Made by a program: the position numbers and the translations under genes. From Vermamoeba vermiformis (lineage: Eukaryota), in contig JBEWZL010000220.1 in NCBI GenBank assembly GCA_045837725.1, positions 1-64,000 on the forward strand: a DNA stretch of 64,000 nt, read 5' to 3'. Every line of letters starts with the position of its first letter. Position 1 is the first letter of the stretch. Below are positions 36,501-49,296 of the stretch, one piece after another. The notes below the pieces were generated by a model. That model was not told the origin of the DNA, did not search any database, and saw only the letters and a program-made list of their open reading frames with translations.

Positions 36501-39089
36501 CTACACATTGGACAAGAAGATGTTGGACATGTGCTCGCTGTCGTGGCCGTGCTTGAATCCAATGCTGGCCAGGGCGTGTCCGTAGGTCGGGAACACTTCA
36601 CCATTGGCGCGCTTGACACGGAACCACTTGCGCTTGTTGAGCAGCGGTGCAATGGAGGGATTGACGCCCGTGATCAGCACGCGCTTGCCCTGGTGCATCA
36701 ACTCCTTCAAGCTCTCGCCGAGGTAGTCGAGTCCGTCAATGTCGCAGAAGTAGAGGTAGCGCATGGAGATGATGATGGTGTCAATGTCCGCGAAGAATTG
36801 CAGTCGTTCTTTGTGACTCATGCCGTTGATGTACGTCAACTGTCCTGCGATGCGGTACTGCGAATACGACTGTGTGAGTGTGTGTGCTGACATCATGAGA
36901 GTTATTCCGCGCTACTCACCACTACCACGGAGGGGCCGTGGCGTTCAATGCGCGGCACTTCACCGCTGTCCTCGAGATTGGACTGCAACAGCTCGCTCGT
37001 GCTGTCACTCAGCGGGTGCTCGTGCTCGTCAGTGGAAGTGATCTCCGTGCTGTGCTCCGTGTCACTCACATCGCTCTCGTGCGGACTGCCGCGGCGTTTG
37101 CGTCGCTTGTCGCGGAACTTGACCTCGCGATGCGACACGTAGCGCACATTGCCCTCCTCGTCCTTCATCACGAGCTCGCTGTGCACGTGACTGAGCTCGT
37201 CGCTGAACAGCAGCAGCGACAGCACCATGCCCACCACAATGCCGTAGGTCGGATCTTTGAACACGCAGATCGCGGCCACGAGCAGTGTCATGACGAAGAT
37301 GCCCTTGTCCATGCGCCAGAACCGCACAATGTGGTGGAAGTCGCACATGCGATAGGCCACCACCACGATGATCGCTGCGACTATCGGCAGCGGCAAGTAC
37401 TTGAACCATCTACAGTCGCAGCATTAGCATCGGAGAAATTAACCTAATTAGGCAAGTACTGACCTCAACAGCGCGACCGACAAGAGCAGCACAATCAACG
37501 TGTTCAATACCGCGGCTATTCTGCTCGTCGCACCTGATTTGATGTTCAGGGCTGTGCGGGCCAGGGCTGCAGTCGCGGGAATTCCGTTGAAAATTCCAGT
37601 GAGCAGATTGGCGAGGGCGAGACCGAACACCTCGCGACGCTGATTGAAGTGCGTGTGCGTGAGTCCATCGGCAATCTTGGCGCTGATCAGTGTCTCCAAC
37701 ACCGCGACAAAGGCAATCGAGAATGCCGCAGAAAAGAATTCGAGCGAGACGAATGAACTGCTAAATTTGGGCAATGAAAACAGCGCAAAGTCCAAGTCAC
37801 CGAAGCGCGTCTCCAAGGTCTGAATGTTCTTGCCCGGTATCACGTCATTCGCGATCAGTGCGCCGCCGATGATGCCGATGGTGGCCAGGATAATCGCCCA
37901 GGGCACCTTACCAAATTTAGTAATGAGCACGAGCAGCGCGACGAGTGAGACAGTGAAGAGCACGAGCGAGGCCCAGTCGAGCTGATCGAGCAGCAGCAAG
38001 TTCTCCAGCACATTGTCCACAAAGCCCTCGTGGCGCACGTGCGGCTTGGGCAAACCGAGGGCAAAGTTGAGCTGATTCAGCGCAATGATGAGTGCGACAC
38101 CGAGAGTGAAGCCCTCCGTGACACTAGAGGGCACTAGCAATACAAAGCGCTCCCACTTGAGAATGAAAATGACAAAGCAGATCAGACCAGTAAGAATGGC
38201 CAGGTACGCGAGAGGATCTCCGTCTTTGCCGAATTGTGCAACGTTCTTGGCCAATATACCTGTATTTTAAATATTAATATTACAGTTCACCGCTCTAGCA
38301 TTGGATCGCAATTGTCGGAATTAATAATTTAAGTGAGGCAACAACAATCGGATAAGTATTCAATATATAAATATATTATTTAAATAATTGTATGCGCGAT
38401 ATTGGCACTATTAATCATTGTATGTAGGTATATGCAGAGATTATTGAAATTAGCCGAATTATTTAAGCCTGAGTGTCTTTCTTAACGTCAAATATACCTG
38501 ACAGAGCACCAGTAGGGCCTACAATATTAAAGCTACAGCCACCGAAGATAGAGGCTGCGAGTCCTGCCCATATAGCAGTAACCACTCCTGCAACTAAAAT
38601 CAAATCCGTCAGTTGCAATTATGAATGCGGTGTTTAGTCTTGAAACACGCTCAGCTGAGTTCATATAATCATGATCAGCACAGCCGAGTGTGTCATTAGT
38701 GTCATTATAGGCTACTTACCCGGAGAACTGCTAGCAGCGACAGCGAGGGAGATCGAGAGCGGCAAGTTGACCAGTGCGACAGTGGCCCCTGCGCGCCAGT
38801 TCGTGAGCAGTGCGTGCCATATCGACTTGACACCCTCGCGACTGAACACGTTCTCTTTCACCTCTTCGGCATAGTCGCGCAGGTCTTCTTTGCTCTGCAC
38901 GAGTTCAGCCTGCAATCGTTGCGCACATGTAGGCAGTGGCACGTCTTCACCCTCGAGTTCGGGGTTGTGCAGCGAGGAGGGGTCGATCTTGCCGCTCGTC
39001 TTGAACTCATCGAGCTCTTTTTCGTACTCGATCACCTCCTCGTCGGGGAAGTCCTCTTCGATCTCGAGACGGGTGTCAGATTCACTCAT
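36501..39089 (-). CDS. SulP/SLC26 anion transporter with STAS domain
   Basis: AGATVALVNLPLSISLAVA, GPTGAL, GFTLGVA.II...Q, PATAALART.LNIKSGA, STAS YRIAGQLTYING...D.DG. Confidence 0.93.
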
Positions 39090-39534
39090 TTGTTGTGTTG
39101 AATGAGCTGTCCTAGGATTAATAATTGTTTTGCCACGGTTCATGAACTATCCAATAAAAGTGAGATTTCGATCTTTTAAAAAACGAACGTGCGGAATTTC
39201 TGCGGCTATTTAGGCCGATAATTGGCGGTTGTAAGTCCGGACTGGCTCACGTGTCCGCGGTGGGTCTTAGGGAACTTAAGTCGGCAATGCTTGATGCAGT
39301 GGTGGCGAGCAATCTCAGTGGCGTACAGTTCACTCGTTGTACCAGTCAGCCTCTGAGCCACCAGTGCCCGTACACTGCGATTCGTGTGCTACTCAGTGGC
39401 CTTACTGATGACGCTACTGATACACTGCTCGTGCTGACGTCAACACGCGACAACATTTTGTTTGAATTTGAACGCAGTGTCAACACACAGCTTGTACATA
39501 GTGTCTATATTTATCTGTATTATACCTTAATATA

Positions 39535-40479
39535 ATGCTGCCGCAAACAGTTAACCAAGTGCAGCCCTCGGCGCGAGGACAAACAGATTTCGCGCAATAC
39601 ATCCGAAAGATTTTTCATTATCATCAAATGGACATTGAATATACGTTATGGCAAATGTTTCATTTGTGCGTTGATCCCAAGAAAGTGTAAGTCTCTTTAA
39701 AATATTTTAATTACAATTAAAATTACAAAAATTCGAAAATAATTTCCAATTAATTTTAATGCCGTTACATTCACTCAGTTACAACACTGCGCGCTATCAT
39801 AAACGTAAGTACATATTATTAGCCCAGTCGCGTGCTAATCCAAGTCCTCAGAGACGAAGAACCAATGGGCGCGCGATGATCCAGCCTTTGTAGCGCTCTT
39901 GTTGCTATTTACCGCCGCGGCCTCGCTGTCGTATGCTGTCGCGTACCACGGCACGAGCTGGCGCGTGGTGTCACTCATGTTCTGGACCGTGCTGGTCGAC
40001 TTCTTGGCCCTCGGACTGCTGATTGCCACCACGACTTGGTGAGTGTTGCTATTTATGGCAAGGTATATCACGTGATAGCTGACAGCAGTGCCAGGTGGCT
40101 GGCCAACAAATATCTGCGCGTGGAGAGTTCAGTGCACACGCACACGGTGGAGCAGAGTGTGGAGTGGCTGTACGCGCTGGACATTCACTGCAACGCGTAC
40201 TTTCCCTTATTTGTACTGCTGTATGTATTGCAGTACTTTGTCGTGCTGGCACTCACCACGCCCTCATTCCTCACCACACTCATTGCCAACACGCTCTACT
40301 TGCTCGCCTTCAGCTACTACCACTACATTACCTTTTTGGGCTACACTGCGCTGCCGTTCGTGCAGCAGAGCGTGACATTTCTATATCCGGTGCTGCTATT
40401 AATAGTGCTCTACGTGCTGTCACTCGTGTTCAACTTCAATCTCACCATTGCCGTCATCAACTTCTATTTTGGGAAATAA
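39535..40479 (+). CDS. UNC50: UNC-50 family Golgi membrane protein
   Basis: QMDIEYTLWQM, Y.KQTKNQWARDDPAF, VEWLYALDIHCNAYFP, YYHYITFLGY. Confidence 0.95.
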
Positions 40480-40682
40480 ACTCTTGTTCATAGTTCACTG
40501 AACGAGTGTCGCGCCAACACCGCTGAGTGGTGGGAACTCCCACGTGACTAAAAATAGACGCAAAGTTAAACCGTCATTTTTCAGCGCGAGATTAATTTCA
40601 GTTTTGTTGTGCACTGAACACCAGAGGTCCCTCCTATTAGTGTTATATATAATCAGCACCACATTCATTCAATCAACACAGT

Positions 40683-42420
40683 ATGGACAGCGAAGACGCG
40701 TTAAAAAAAGAAGAAGAGCGGTTGATGCGCGCGATCAGTCGTCAAGGCAGTGTGCGCACAGGAGCGATTAAAACTGCCCCTAAAGTCGCACCCAAGCCCG
40801 TTGAGACCCCCAAAGTGACCCCGCCAGCCAGCAACAGAAACAGCGTCTCGTTCTCGCGCAGTGCTAGCAGATTGAGCAGCTCGCTGTCCGCCGAAGAGCA
40901 GCACAAGCTCGAGCTGGAACTGCAAGAACAAGAGCGCAAGCGAGAGGAGGAGCGCAAGACCTTGGAACGATTGGACAGCGCGCACTTCAAGAAGAAACAG
41001 CACTCGAAGGACTGGTTTGATATTGAGTTCAAAGACGAGGACGATACACCTGCTGCGAGCACCAACAACACTAGTGTGCAGGTAATGAAGTAGTGATCGC
41101 TCGAGAATTCAATTCCTCAAAAATAATTCACCAAAAATTATTTAATAATATTTCTCTTATTTATTATATATTGTTATTACAATAATTGATTTCACTGCGC
41201 CAACTACTGGTGCTATTCATAATGACGGTATGCCACTATACCTTTGATATTAATGCACGTACCAGTCGGTGCTCTCAGTGCCCAAGGTCGAGCCAGTCGT
41301 GACTAGCAGCACCGTGACCAAACCTGTCGCTATTAATAGCAGCAACAACAATATCAACAACCAGAGCAGCACGGTGAAGAGCACTACTGTACCTAGCACC
41401 ACTGCTGTCAGTCACACTGCTGTACCTACCGCTACACGCAGCGCTATTAATAGCAGCACAGCCCCCACCGTCACTACACACAGCACTCCCAAAAATAGCA
41501 CGTCTATAAATAGCACCCCCAGCAGCCCAGCAGTCCCCCAGGGCTGGGTGAGTGACATGGATCAGCTCATCAATTCACTCGCCACTCTCGGCTCTGGTGT
41601 CACGCCCCGACACAAATCTCCGCAAGAGATTGCACTCGACACCTCCACCACCACCCTCCGTTCACTGAAATGGAACTTTGCAGCACCTCTGCCCGAGCCC
41701 CGTCACGCGGAGCTGGGAGTGTGGATCAAGAGTCTCGGAGCGGACCTCCGACAACTGCGCGCGATCCTCGAGTCCGCCACACCGCAGCACAGCGCATTCC
41801 CGTACGTCACGTGCGCAGGTGTCACGCAGTCCCTCGTCACCGCCGTGCTCGACTCACTCGCCCTCGTCACTGCTGCCGCTGACAGAAAGGAAATTTCCAC
41901 CGCACTGCTGGCCCTGGTAGACCGCACGCTGGACTGGTTCGAAGCGATGGGCCGCGACAGCAGCGACGCGACAGCACTGCGCGACAGCACGGGCGAGGCA
42001 CTGACAGCCCTGGTGCGCCAAGTGACAGCTGTCATCAAGCGTCAAACCGAGCACGTGACCAGCAGCACCGCGCAGCAGAGTGTCAGTGTGCCAGCAGTGC
42101 CCGCACAGAGTCGTCAAGCAGTGGTCAGTGTGGTCGAGGAGTGCGCGCGACATGCGGAGCTCATCTCCGAAACACTGAAATCTCCGCCCTACAATCTCGA
42201 GCAGTTCAAGGCGCAGTTGCACCAGTTGGTGGCTGCTGTCAAGAAGATCGATCCCTATCTCACGCGCGAGGGTGATCGCGAGACAGTGGTGCAGTCCACC
42301 AAGCACGTGCTCGAGATGGCGATTGAGCTGCAAACTGCGCCCGATCAGTCACCGCTGCCCGTGCTGACTGCGATCAGCGAACTGTTGCGCGCCCTCACCG
42401 CTGCACTGCGGAGTCAGTAG
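40683..42420 (+). CDS. Unknown protein: charged N-terminus, S/T linker, C-terminal amphipathic helical bundles (talin/vinculin-like, tentative)
   Basis: Two exons (intron ~41082-41265). The C-terminal half has repeated amphipathic helices. Confidence 0.65.
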
Positions 42421-42518
42421 ATAGATATGCTTAGTTGTTCGGCATGATGTACTCGCTATAATAAATGACTTCCGTGTAAGCAGCGCATTCAGTTTACGAA
42501 TCTGTTCGCGTGCACCAC

Positions 42519-45195
42519 ATGACGCGTCTATATTGTGTGTTATATATTGTACTGGCACTGTGGGCGACATTAGCGAGTGCTGATGATGGGCCAGTCGCAG
42601 CACCGCTCGTCGATGAAAGCAAATTTCCAGATTCGAATCGGACTTGCGAGGACGGGATCAGCCCTCGTTTTGCAGCACTGGACTACTGGTACATATCTAA
42701 CTGCACTACATTGGCCAATCAATCAGTGCTGTTCTTCATTCTTGTGGTACGTGATTTTATTTTAATTCTTTATTATTATTTTTAATTTCTGAATAATTCA
42801 CTACTATCAATAATAATAATAATATATATTTATGTGCACAATTTAAATATAAATGGTGCGTGTATGAACGTGCGAGTCCTCAACACTGGACCTGCACCGA
42901 TATGACACTTGATTGCTGCGTCACTTGTAATGCTGCGCTTTGTACCGACATAGCTCTATATATATCACGCACTATAGACTATAATTACTATTGATACAAC
43001 ACCACTCACCATTACACATGCCATCCACGCACTAACCTCGCCAGTCCGCGTGGTTCATCCTGTTGATGTACTTGCTCGTCTCCACCACCGAAGAGTACTT
43101 CTGCGCGGCCATCAGTCGGTTCACTGAACGGCTCAAACTCTCCAACAACTTGGTGGTAAGTCATTGCCTAATTTGGACATGTGCTCGTGCTCACCACCCA
43201 CCAGGGCGTCACGTTCTTGGCCATCGGAAATTCAGCTCCCGAAGTAAGATCGATTTCCTAATAAGGAAGTCATGTGTGGCTGACACGCGTTCTAAAAATA
43301 GATCTTCACTACACTCCTGGCGATCAGGGCCTTTTCCCACTGGGACGAGTGGCAACAAGATGACAGTAGCGACACCAATCACGTGATCGGCACTGGCGCT
43401 TACGTGGCAGTGGGCACTGTGATTGGCTCGTCGATGTATGTCCAAATTAGGCAAGTGTCGCAATGTACTCACGCGCTAATTTTAGGATCTGTTCGACGCT
43501 GCTGCTCGCTGTGTTGACCTTATTTGGTAACAGCGCCAAGTATCAGACACCGAACACGAGCTTTCTACCAGGGTAAGTGACACTTTGACACGTGATTTGA
43601 TTGACACGTGTCACATTATTTTTCACGGCGTGTCAAACAGTGACTGACACATTGCAAACAGCATGCCCGAAGTGACAAGTCATCCAGCGATGCGAGGTGA
43701 GTGCTTCAGTGAACGAGCAGTTGCCTAATATAGTCACCTAACCAAATATAGACGTGGCCATGTTCTTGGTGTCCATCGTCGTGACAGTCGTGCTGTTGAC
43801 AGCGGTGGATCTGCCCCTCGTGTGGAAGGGTGTCATTATGGTGGTGCTATTTTTAGTCTATCTCGCCGTGGTGTTGGTGGCACGTCACGTGGCACAGACG
43901 CAGAAGGCCAAGCGACGTCAGTACTTGGGCATTCTCGACACCGCTGACGAGTCGCTGTTTGACGCGCCGAATGCGGAGATGAACGACTACGGCATCGACG
44001 ACATTCTATTTTTAGCCAATCGACACCAGCAGCAACACCCGCTCGTGCTGTCACTCAATGCTGACCCGCAGTTTGAGGGCGCACGTGACTGCAACTCTCG
44101 CATGCGCGGCACGTGGGACAGACTCGTGGCAACTGTCGCGTGGAGTGACAAGGTAAGCGCTTGATTGCCTAATTTGGACAGCGCTGATCACGTGACTAGA
44201 CCCTGGGCGAGCGTGTCGTCTTCATTTTGACACTTCCCGCTGAACTCGCGCGTCGTGTCACCATCCCGCCCCTGTCAGAAGTGCGCTGGTCCAAGATCCA
44301 AGCGGTCATTTCGCTCACTGGCGGACCTCTTTTCCTTTTATGGGCACTCGAATGTACGTCACTTGCCTAATTTAGACATCTCTGACCTTTTGCATTTGCA
44401 GCTTTTGCCGAAGAGATCGATGTGGGTCTGAACATCAAATTTCCTTATTGGTCCATCGTGCTGGTGGTCGGTGCTATATTTAGCACCATCGTGTTCTTCA
44501 CATCACGTGACTTCAGACCCCCGACCTACTTCATGGCACTGGTCGTGTTCGGCTTTGCAGTGGCCTCGGTCTGGCTCTACGTGCTCGTGCGCGAACTGCT
44601 CGGCGTCGTGGTGCTGTACGTGCAGTGCAGTGTTTGACACGTGTCACTGACTGACTCTCAATTCCCCAGGGCCATTGAAACCATCGAGTCCGAGCGCATG
44701 AGTGAGATGAGTGACGGCTATCCCTCGGCACTGTGGGGTCTGCACTTGTTGGCCTGGGCCACGGGTCTGCAGGACATCATTGCCAATGTCTTGCTCGCCT
44801 CCCTCGCCCTGCCCTCCATGGCTGGTACGTCACGTGATCTATTTCTCCGCACCTATCTCCGCGGTCACTAACTGAATTCGTTGTTTGCAGTGGCCGCAGC
44901 ATTTGCAGCCCCGACCATGGCCCTGCTGATCGGTCTCGGTGTCACGTGCATCGTGGAAGGTGTCAAACACTATCCCGCACGACACCTCGTCATGCTCGAC
45001 AACGCGCTGCTGGTCGGATTCGTGCTCTTGTTCCTCTCGGGCCTGGTCTCGCTCGTCTGGGTGCCCCTCGCCGCACGCATTCCCGCCAAGACCTTTGCAG
45101 GCGTGCAGCTCGTGTTGTACGTGCTGTTCGTGGTGTTCACCGTGCTGGTCGAGTTCAGATATTTGTTGCCCAATCCGATCTTCACGCTGCAGTGA
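42519..45195 (+). CDS. Cation/Ca2+ exchanger (CCX/NCLX-type)
   Basis: EEYFC..I....ERLKLSNNL.GVTFLAIGNSAPEIF (alpha-1), TIPP, GLHLLAWATGLQD.IAN (alpha-2), AAFAAP..LLIGLG. More than 10 introns. Confidence 0.88.
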
Positions 45196-45472
45196 ACCTG
45201 CCGTTCTGTGAAATGCTTTTTGTGAATTATGTAGATAGATAAAACATCCTTATCCAGCACTGTCTGCTTCTAGTCGAGGTCAATGCGTTCAATCGGATCC
45301 ACCGTCACGTGGTGGGATTGTCACGTGACTCCATCGACAAATAGTGTCGTGCCGGGGCATTCTCACAAAAATCGCGGAGTGAACAGCACGGTCAGCTCTA
45401 CAAAAATTGAGCATTAATTATTGCGCATTAGTACTTGTCACATTAATACACATCGCAGCTGCACGCGTAACA

Positions 45473-46389
45473 ATGGATCCACAAGCTAAAGCAAAGCAAG
45501 CAGCCAAACAATTAAATCTCGACTGGGATTCAATAGCGAATATTTATCTAATAGGCAGTCGATTGTGGGGCACATTCACCGCGCAGAGTGACTTTGATCT
45601 GCTGATCGTGCTCAAAAGCACCAACAACAAAAAACAGCTCAAAACCACCCCTAATAACAGCGCTAAGCACACTAAAAAGGCCGCGCATAATAATAACAAC
45701 ACTAGTGATGAAGCGAGTGGTTCGCACCGCGTAGTGCACGCAGGTCAATTCGACGCACTGCTCTATGACGAAGAGCTCTACATCCAGCGGTAAGTAGCGA
45801 CTGACCGTGCTATTATTATTATTATTAGTATGCATATAGTGCACTATATCCGCTATATTCGCCCTTCCAACACCTCGCACTCACAGCCCAGTAGGATCAA
45901 GCAGTACTCGTTCTTGGAAATGCTCACGCTGTGGATACCAGCTGCAAATATCTGGAAGCAAGAGATTGATCCGCGCACGTACTGGCTGCAAATCAACCAG
46001 GGCCCTCACGCGACACAGCTCTGGACCAGCACCACCGAGATGATTGAGCGGGACATGCGCGTGGCTCAGAAACACTTCGAGAAGGGTAATTGACACGTGT
46101 CAGTCACAGTTTGACACTTTGGATGACATTTACCTAATTAGGAAGTAAAGATCGTGCGGCACGTGTCATCGGCTGCACTCTGCGTGTGGCTCAATTTGCA
46201 GCAGACATTGCCGAACAAGGTCACGTGACTGACTTCCAATCTGCAAATGAAATGATCAGTGCGCTCTACCAGGGCCTCGATCAGCACGATTGGAACACGT
46301 GGCGTGACACGTGGCGCGGCACATTGCGTGCACACTTGCAACGACTGCAAACACGCTGCGAGGCTATTTTGGGTCGTCCGCTACAGTAA
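45473..46389 (+). CDS. Pol-beta-superfamily (minimal) nucleotidyltransferase
   Basis: IYLIGSRLWGT....SDFDLLIV (hG[GS]...DxD), candidate third Asp in QFDALLY, helical C-terminus. Three exons. Confidence 0.8.
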
Positions 46390-46561
46390 CAGTGCCACTT
46401 GCCTTATTTGTACATTTGTAATATACTTGCAATTAAAATCAGCTCTTCGTGCCTCTGCCAGGGCTCTGTCACTAAAAATAGTTGCTGAGAATTTTAAGTC
46501 ATTCTGTCACACAGCTCAGTAGCAACACATAATATACATAGACATAGATAAAAAAAGACTA

Positions 46562-47682
46562 ATGAGTGACACGAGTGCACAGTACGAGTCACTGCTCGCT
46601 GACGGCAGTGTCTCCAAACAAGTGATCAGATCGGGAAGGCTAGTGAACCAGGGTGCGCGTCCCGAGTCTGGCTGGAATGTCGGAGGTACTTAATTTATTA
46701 TAATAACACTTTATAGTGAATAATAATAATGCATTGAGCACTTGGTAATAACAGTTGCACGCTTGGAAAATAACAAAAATTATTTTGCAAGTAATTATTA
46801 TTTTATTATTATCTGCAATTGTTATTACATCATATGCCCACTATACGACTACGCTATTGCTATGGCATCTAATATTGCCGTATAGTGCACTACGAGATGT
46901 GGTTACAAGACGCAGACACATCCACGCCCATTGACTCCACCGCACAGCGCGGAATATTTCAATTTGAACTCGGTGCTGGCACTGTGATCACGTGTCTTGA
47001 TCTCGCTGCGAGATCGATGCAGCTCGGCGAAGTCTGTCACGTGATTGCAGCGCCACAGCACGCATTTGGCAAGCTGGGCCTGTCCCTCGCAGGTGTCACT
47101 GTGCCACCCAATGCGAAGTTGAAGCTAAAAATAGAACTCGTGCAGGCCACGCCCGGCACGCAGCACGTGACAGTTGCAGCAACTGATCGGTTGACAGCCG
47201 CGACAGCAGCCAAAGACAATGGCAATGCACGTGTGAGCAAGAGCGACTTCAGCGCAGCACGTGACTGCTATCACGAGGCACTCAATGTGCTCGGTGACGT
47301 GGCACTCGACCCTGTGGAGGACGAAGCTAAATTTAGAACTCTGCGCGGTCAACTCTGGTCAAACTTGGCACTCTGTGAATTGAAATTGCATAATTTCAGC
47401 AAAGCTATTTTTAGCTGCGACAAGGCACTCGTAAGTCACTTGCCATATATAGTAATGCGACACTAGCTGACACAGTGCCAGTCCTATGATCCCAACAACG
47501 TCAAAGCCATGTTCCGCAAAGGTCAAGCGTTGGAGTACAGCGGAGAATTGCGCGCAGCACGTGATCAGTACAGCAGCACGTACCAGCTGTCGCGCACAGC
47601 CGAAGTGAAGACAGCACTCGAGGGCGTCAAGAACAAACTCGCTGCCAGCTCTGGGGGCCTGCGCGGCATGTTTGACAGCTAA
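46562..47682 (+). CDS. FKBP-type PPIase with TPR domain
   Basis: DGSVSKQVIRSG, VHY, F.FELGAG.VI..LD....M..GE, VPPNAKL...IEL, TPR (AKDNGN, SNLALC.LKL, NVKAMFRKG). Confidence 0.92.
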
Positions 47683-47859
47683 CCACTGCTGACTTTTGTA
47701 CATAATAATAAATAAATACTGCAGCTGTTGTTATCGACGCGTGTATAGTGTGGTCAGTCGCGATAATAAACTACTGCCCCATCAAGCAAATATGACTACA
47801 CTAAGTGTTATTTATTTCCTCGCAGATCCGAGCACAAGAGAGGTCGGACAGCAGAGTAC

Positions 47860-49131
47860 TTATTTGTCAGTGGGCTTCTGATTGACGACGTGTGATTGGC
47901 TGTATTGCGACACATCGACACCTTGCGCCTTCTCAGCCTCAATCTGCAGCTTGATCCAGTCAAAGGTGCGCTTCAATCCGTCCTTCAATGAGATGCTCGG
48001 AGCCCAGCCCAACTTCTCGCGAATGAGCGTGTTGTCGCTGTTACGACCGCGCACACCTTCAGGGCCCGGGATGTGATGCAACTTGGTGCTGTTCTTCTTG
48101 CCCGCGAATTCGAGCACGAGGTGCGCCATCTCGTTCATGTCCACCATCTCTTCGCTGCCAATGTTGATCGGCTCGCGCACATCGCTGCGCATCAAGCGCA
48201 ACACACCCTCCACGCAGTCGTCGATGAAGCAGAAGGAGCGCGTCTGCTTGCCGTCACCCCACATCTCAAACACATCGCCGCACACAATGGCCTTGCGACA
48301 GAACGCTGCTGGGGCCTTTTCGCGCCCACCCTTCCAAGTACCGTGCGGGCCGTAGATGTTGTGGAAGCGACCGAGGCGGAACTCAATGCCAAAGTCCTGC
48401 AGTCACGTGTTAGTTGATTCTCGTTCACTGAATGGCCATCGAGGCACGTGACCGAACTCTGGATCAACTCCGAGAGGGGACAGGAGGACTTACCTTGTTG
48501 TAGTATTTGCAGAGCTCTTCAGTAACAATCTTTTCGAGACCATAAGCGTCTTGAGGTTGAGCGGGCCATGCATCTGACTCCTTCAAACCGGGATTGGCTG
48601 TTTCCAATTGACGGTATTCGGGATAAATGCAAGCAGAAGAGCTGTAGAAGAATCGCTTGACTGAGCCAGAGCGACGAGCAGCCTCGACCATGTTGAAACT
48701 GAATTGAAACGCGGGTGTCAAAAAGAAAGTTTTTCTGCAATAGATTCCGACGTTTCAAAAATAAAAAAGAAAACAAACAAACCGCAATGTAAAATTATGA
48801 AATTGTAATATTCGCTATAATTATGCTCATACCTGATCATAATGTTGTTGTACAAAATAACAGAGTGGTTGGATTGAATGAAACCCATACCGCCCATATC
48901 CGCAGCAAAGTCGTAGACTTCATCGATACCCTGGCACATCTTCATGCATGTGTCCAAATCACGCAGATCCACTTCATGGAACTCGTCGCATATTTCGTTG
49001 TCGTTGAAGTAGTGACCCTTCTTCCAGTCAGCAATACGGACGAAGTGACCTTCAGCCTTGAGACGCTTGGCGACGTGACTGCCAATGAAACCACCACCAC
49101 CAGCGACGAAAATACGGAGTTTAGTTGCCAT
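47860..49131 (-). CDS. GME: GDP-mannose 3,5-epimerase
   Basis: GGGGFIGSH, AADMGGMGFIQSNHSVILYNN, SSACIYPE, AWPAQPQDAYGLEK, RFHNIYGP.GTWKGGREKAPAAFCRK, GPEGVRGRNSDN. Confidence 0.95.
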
Positions 49132-49296
49132 TTGTTCTGAAACGAATTGCAATAAAACAAACTGACTTTCAGTTTTGATTTTGACGAATTGTGCTGCCGA
49201 GTGGGCAGGAGATGCTGGTGCGGTGGGCAGCAATCGGACAGACAACAAAAGTGACAAGCAATCTAGTTCAATAACAAACGAGCACCCTGCACCTTC

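Noticed and set aside
43156-44890. Introner-type mobile introns (shared sequence among introns)
   Set aside because: Similarity is limited to 10-16-bp motifs in either orientation, also present in exons. Intron bodies and ends are not homologous, so this was reported as motif enrichment instead.
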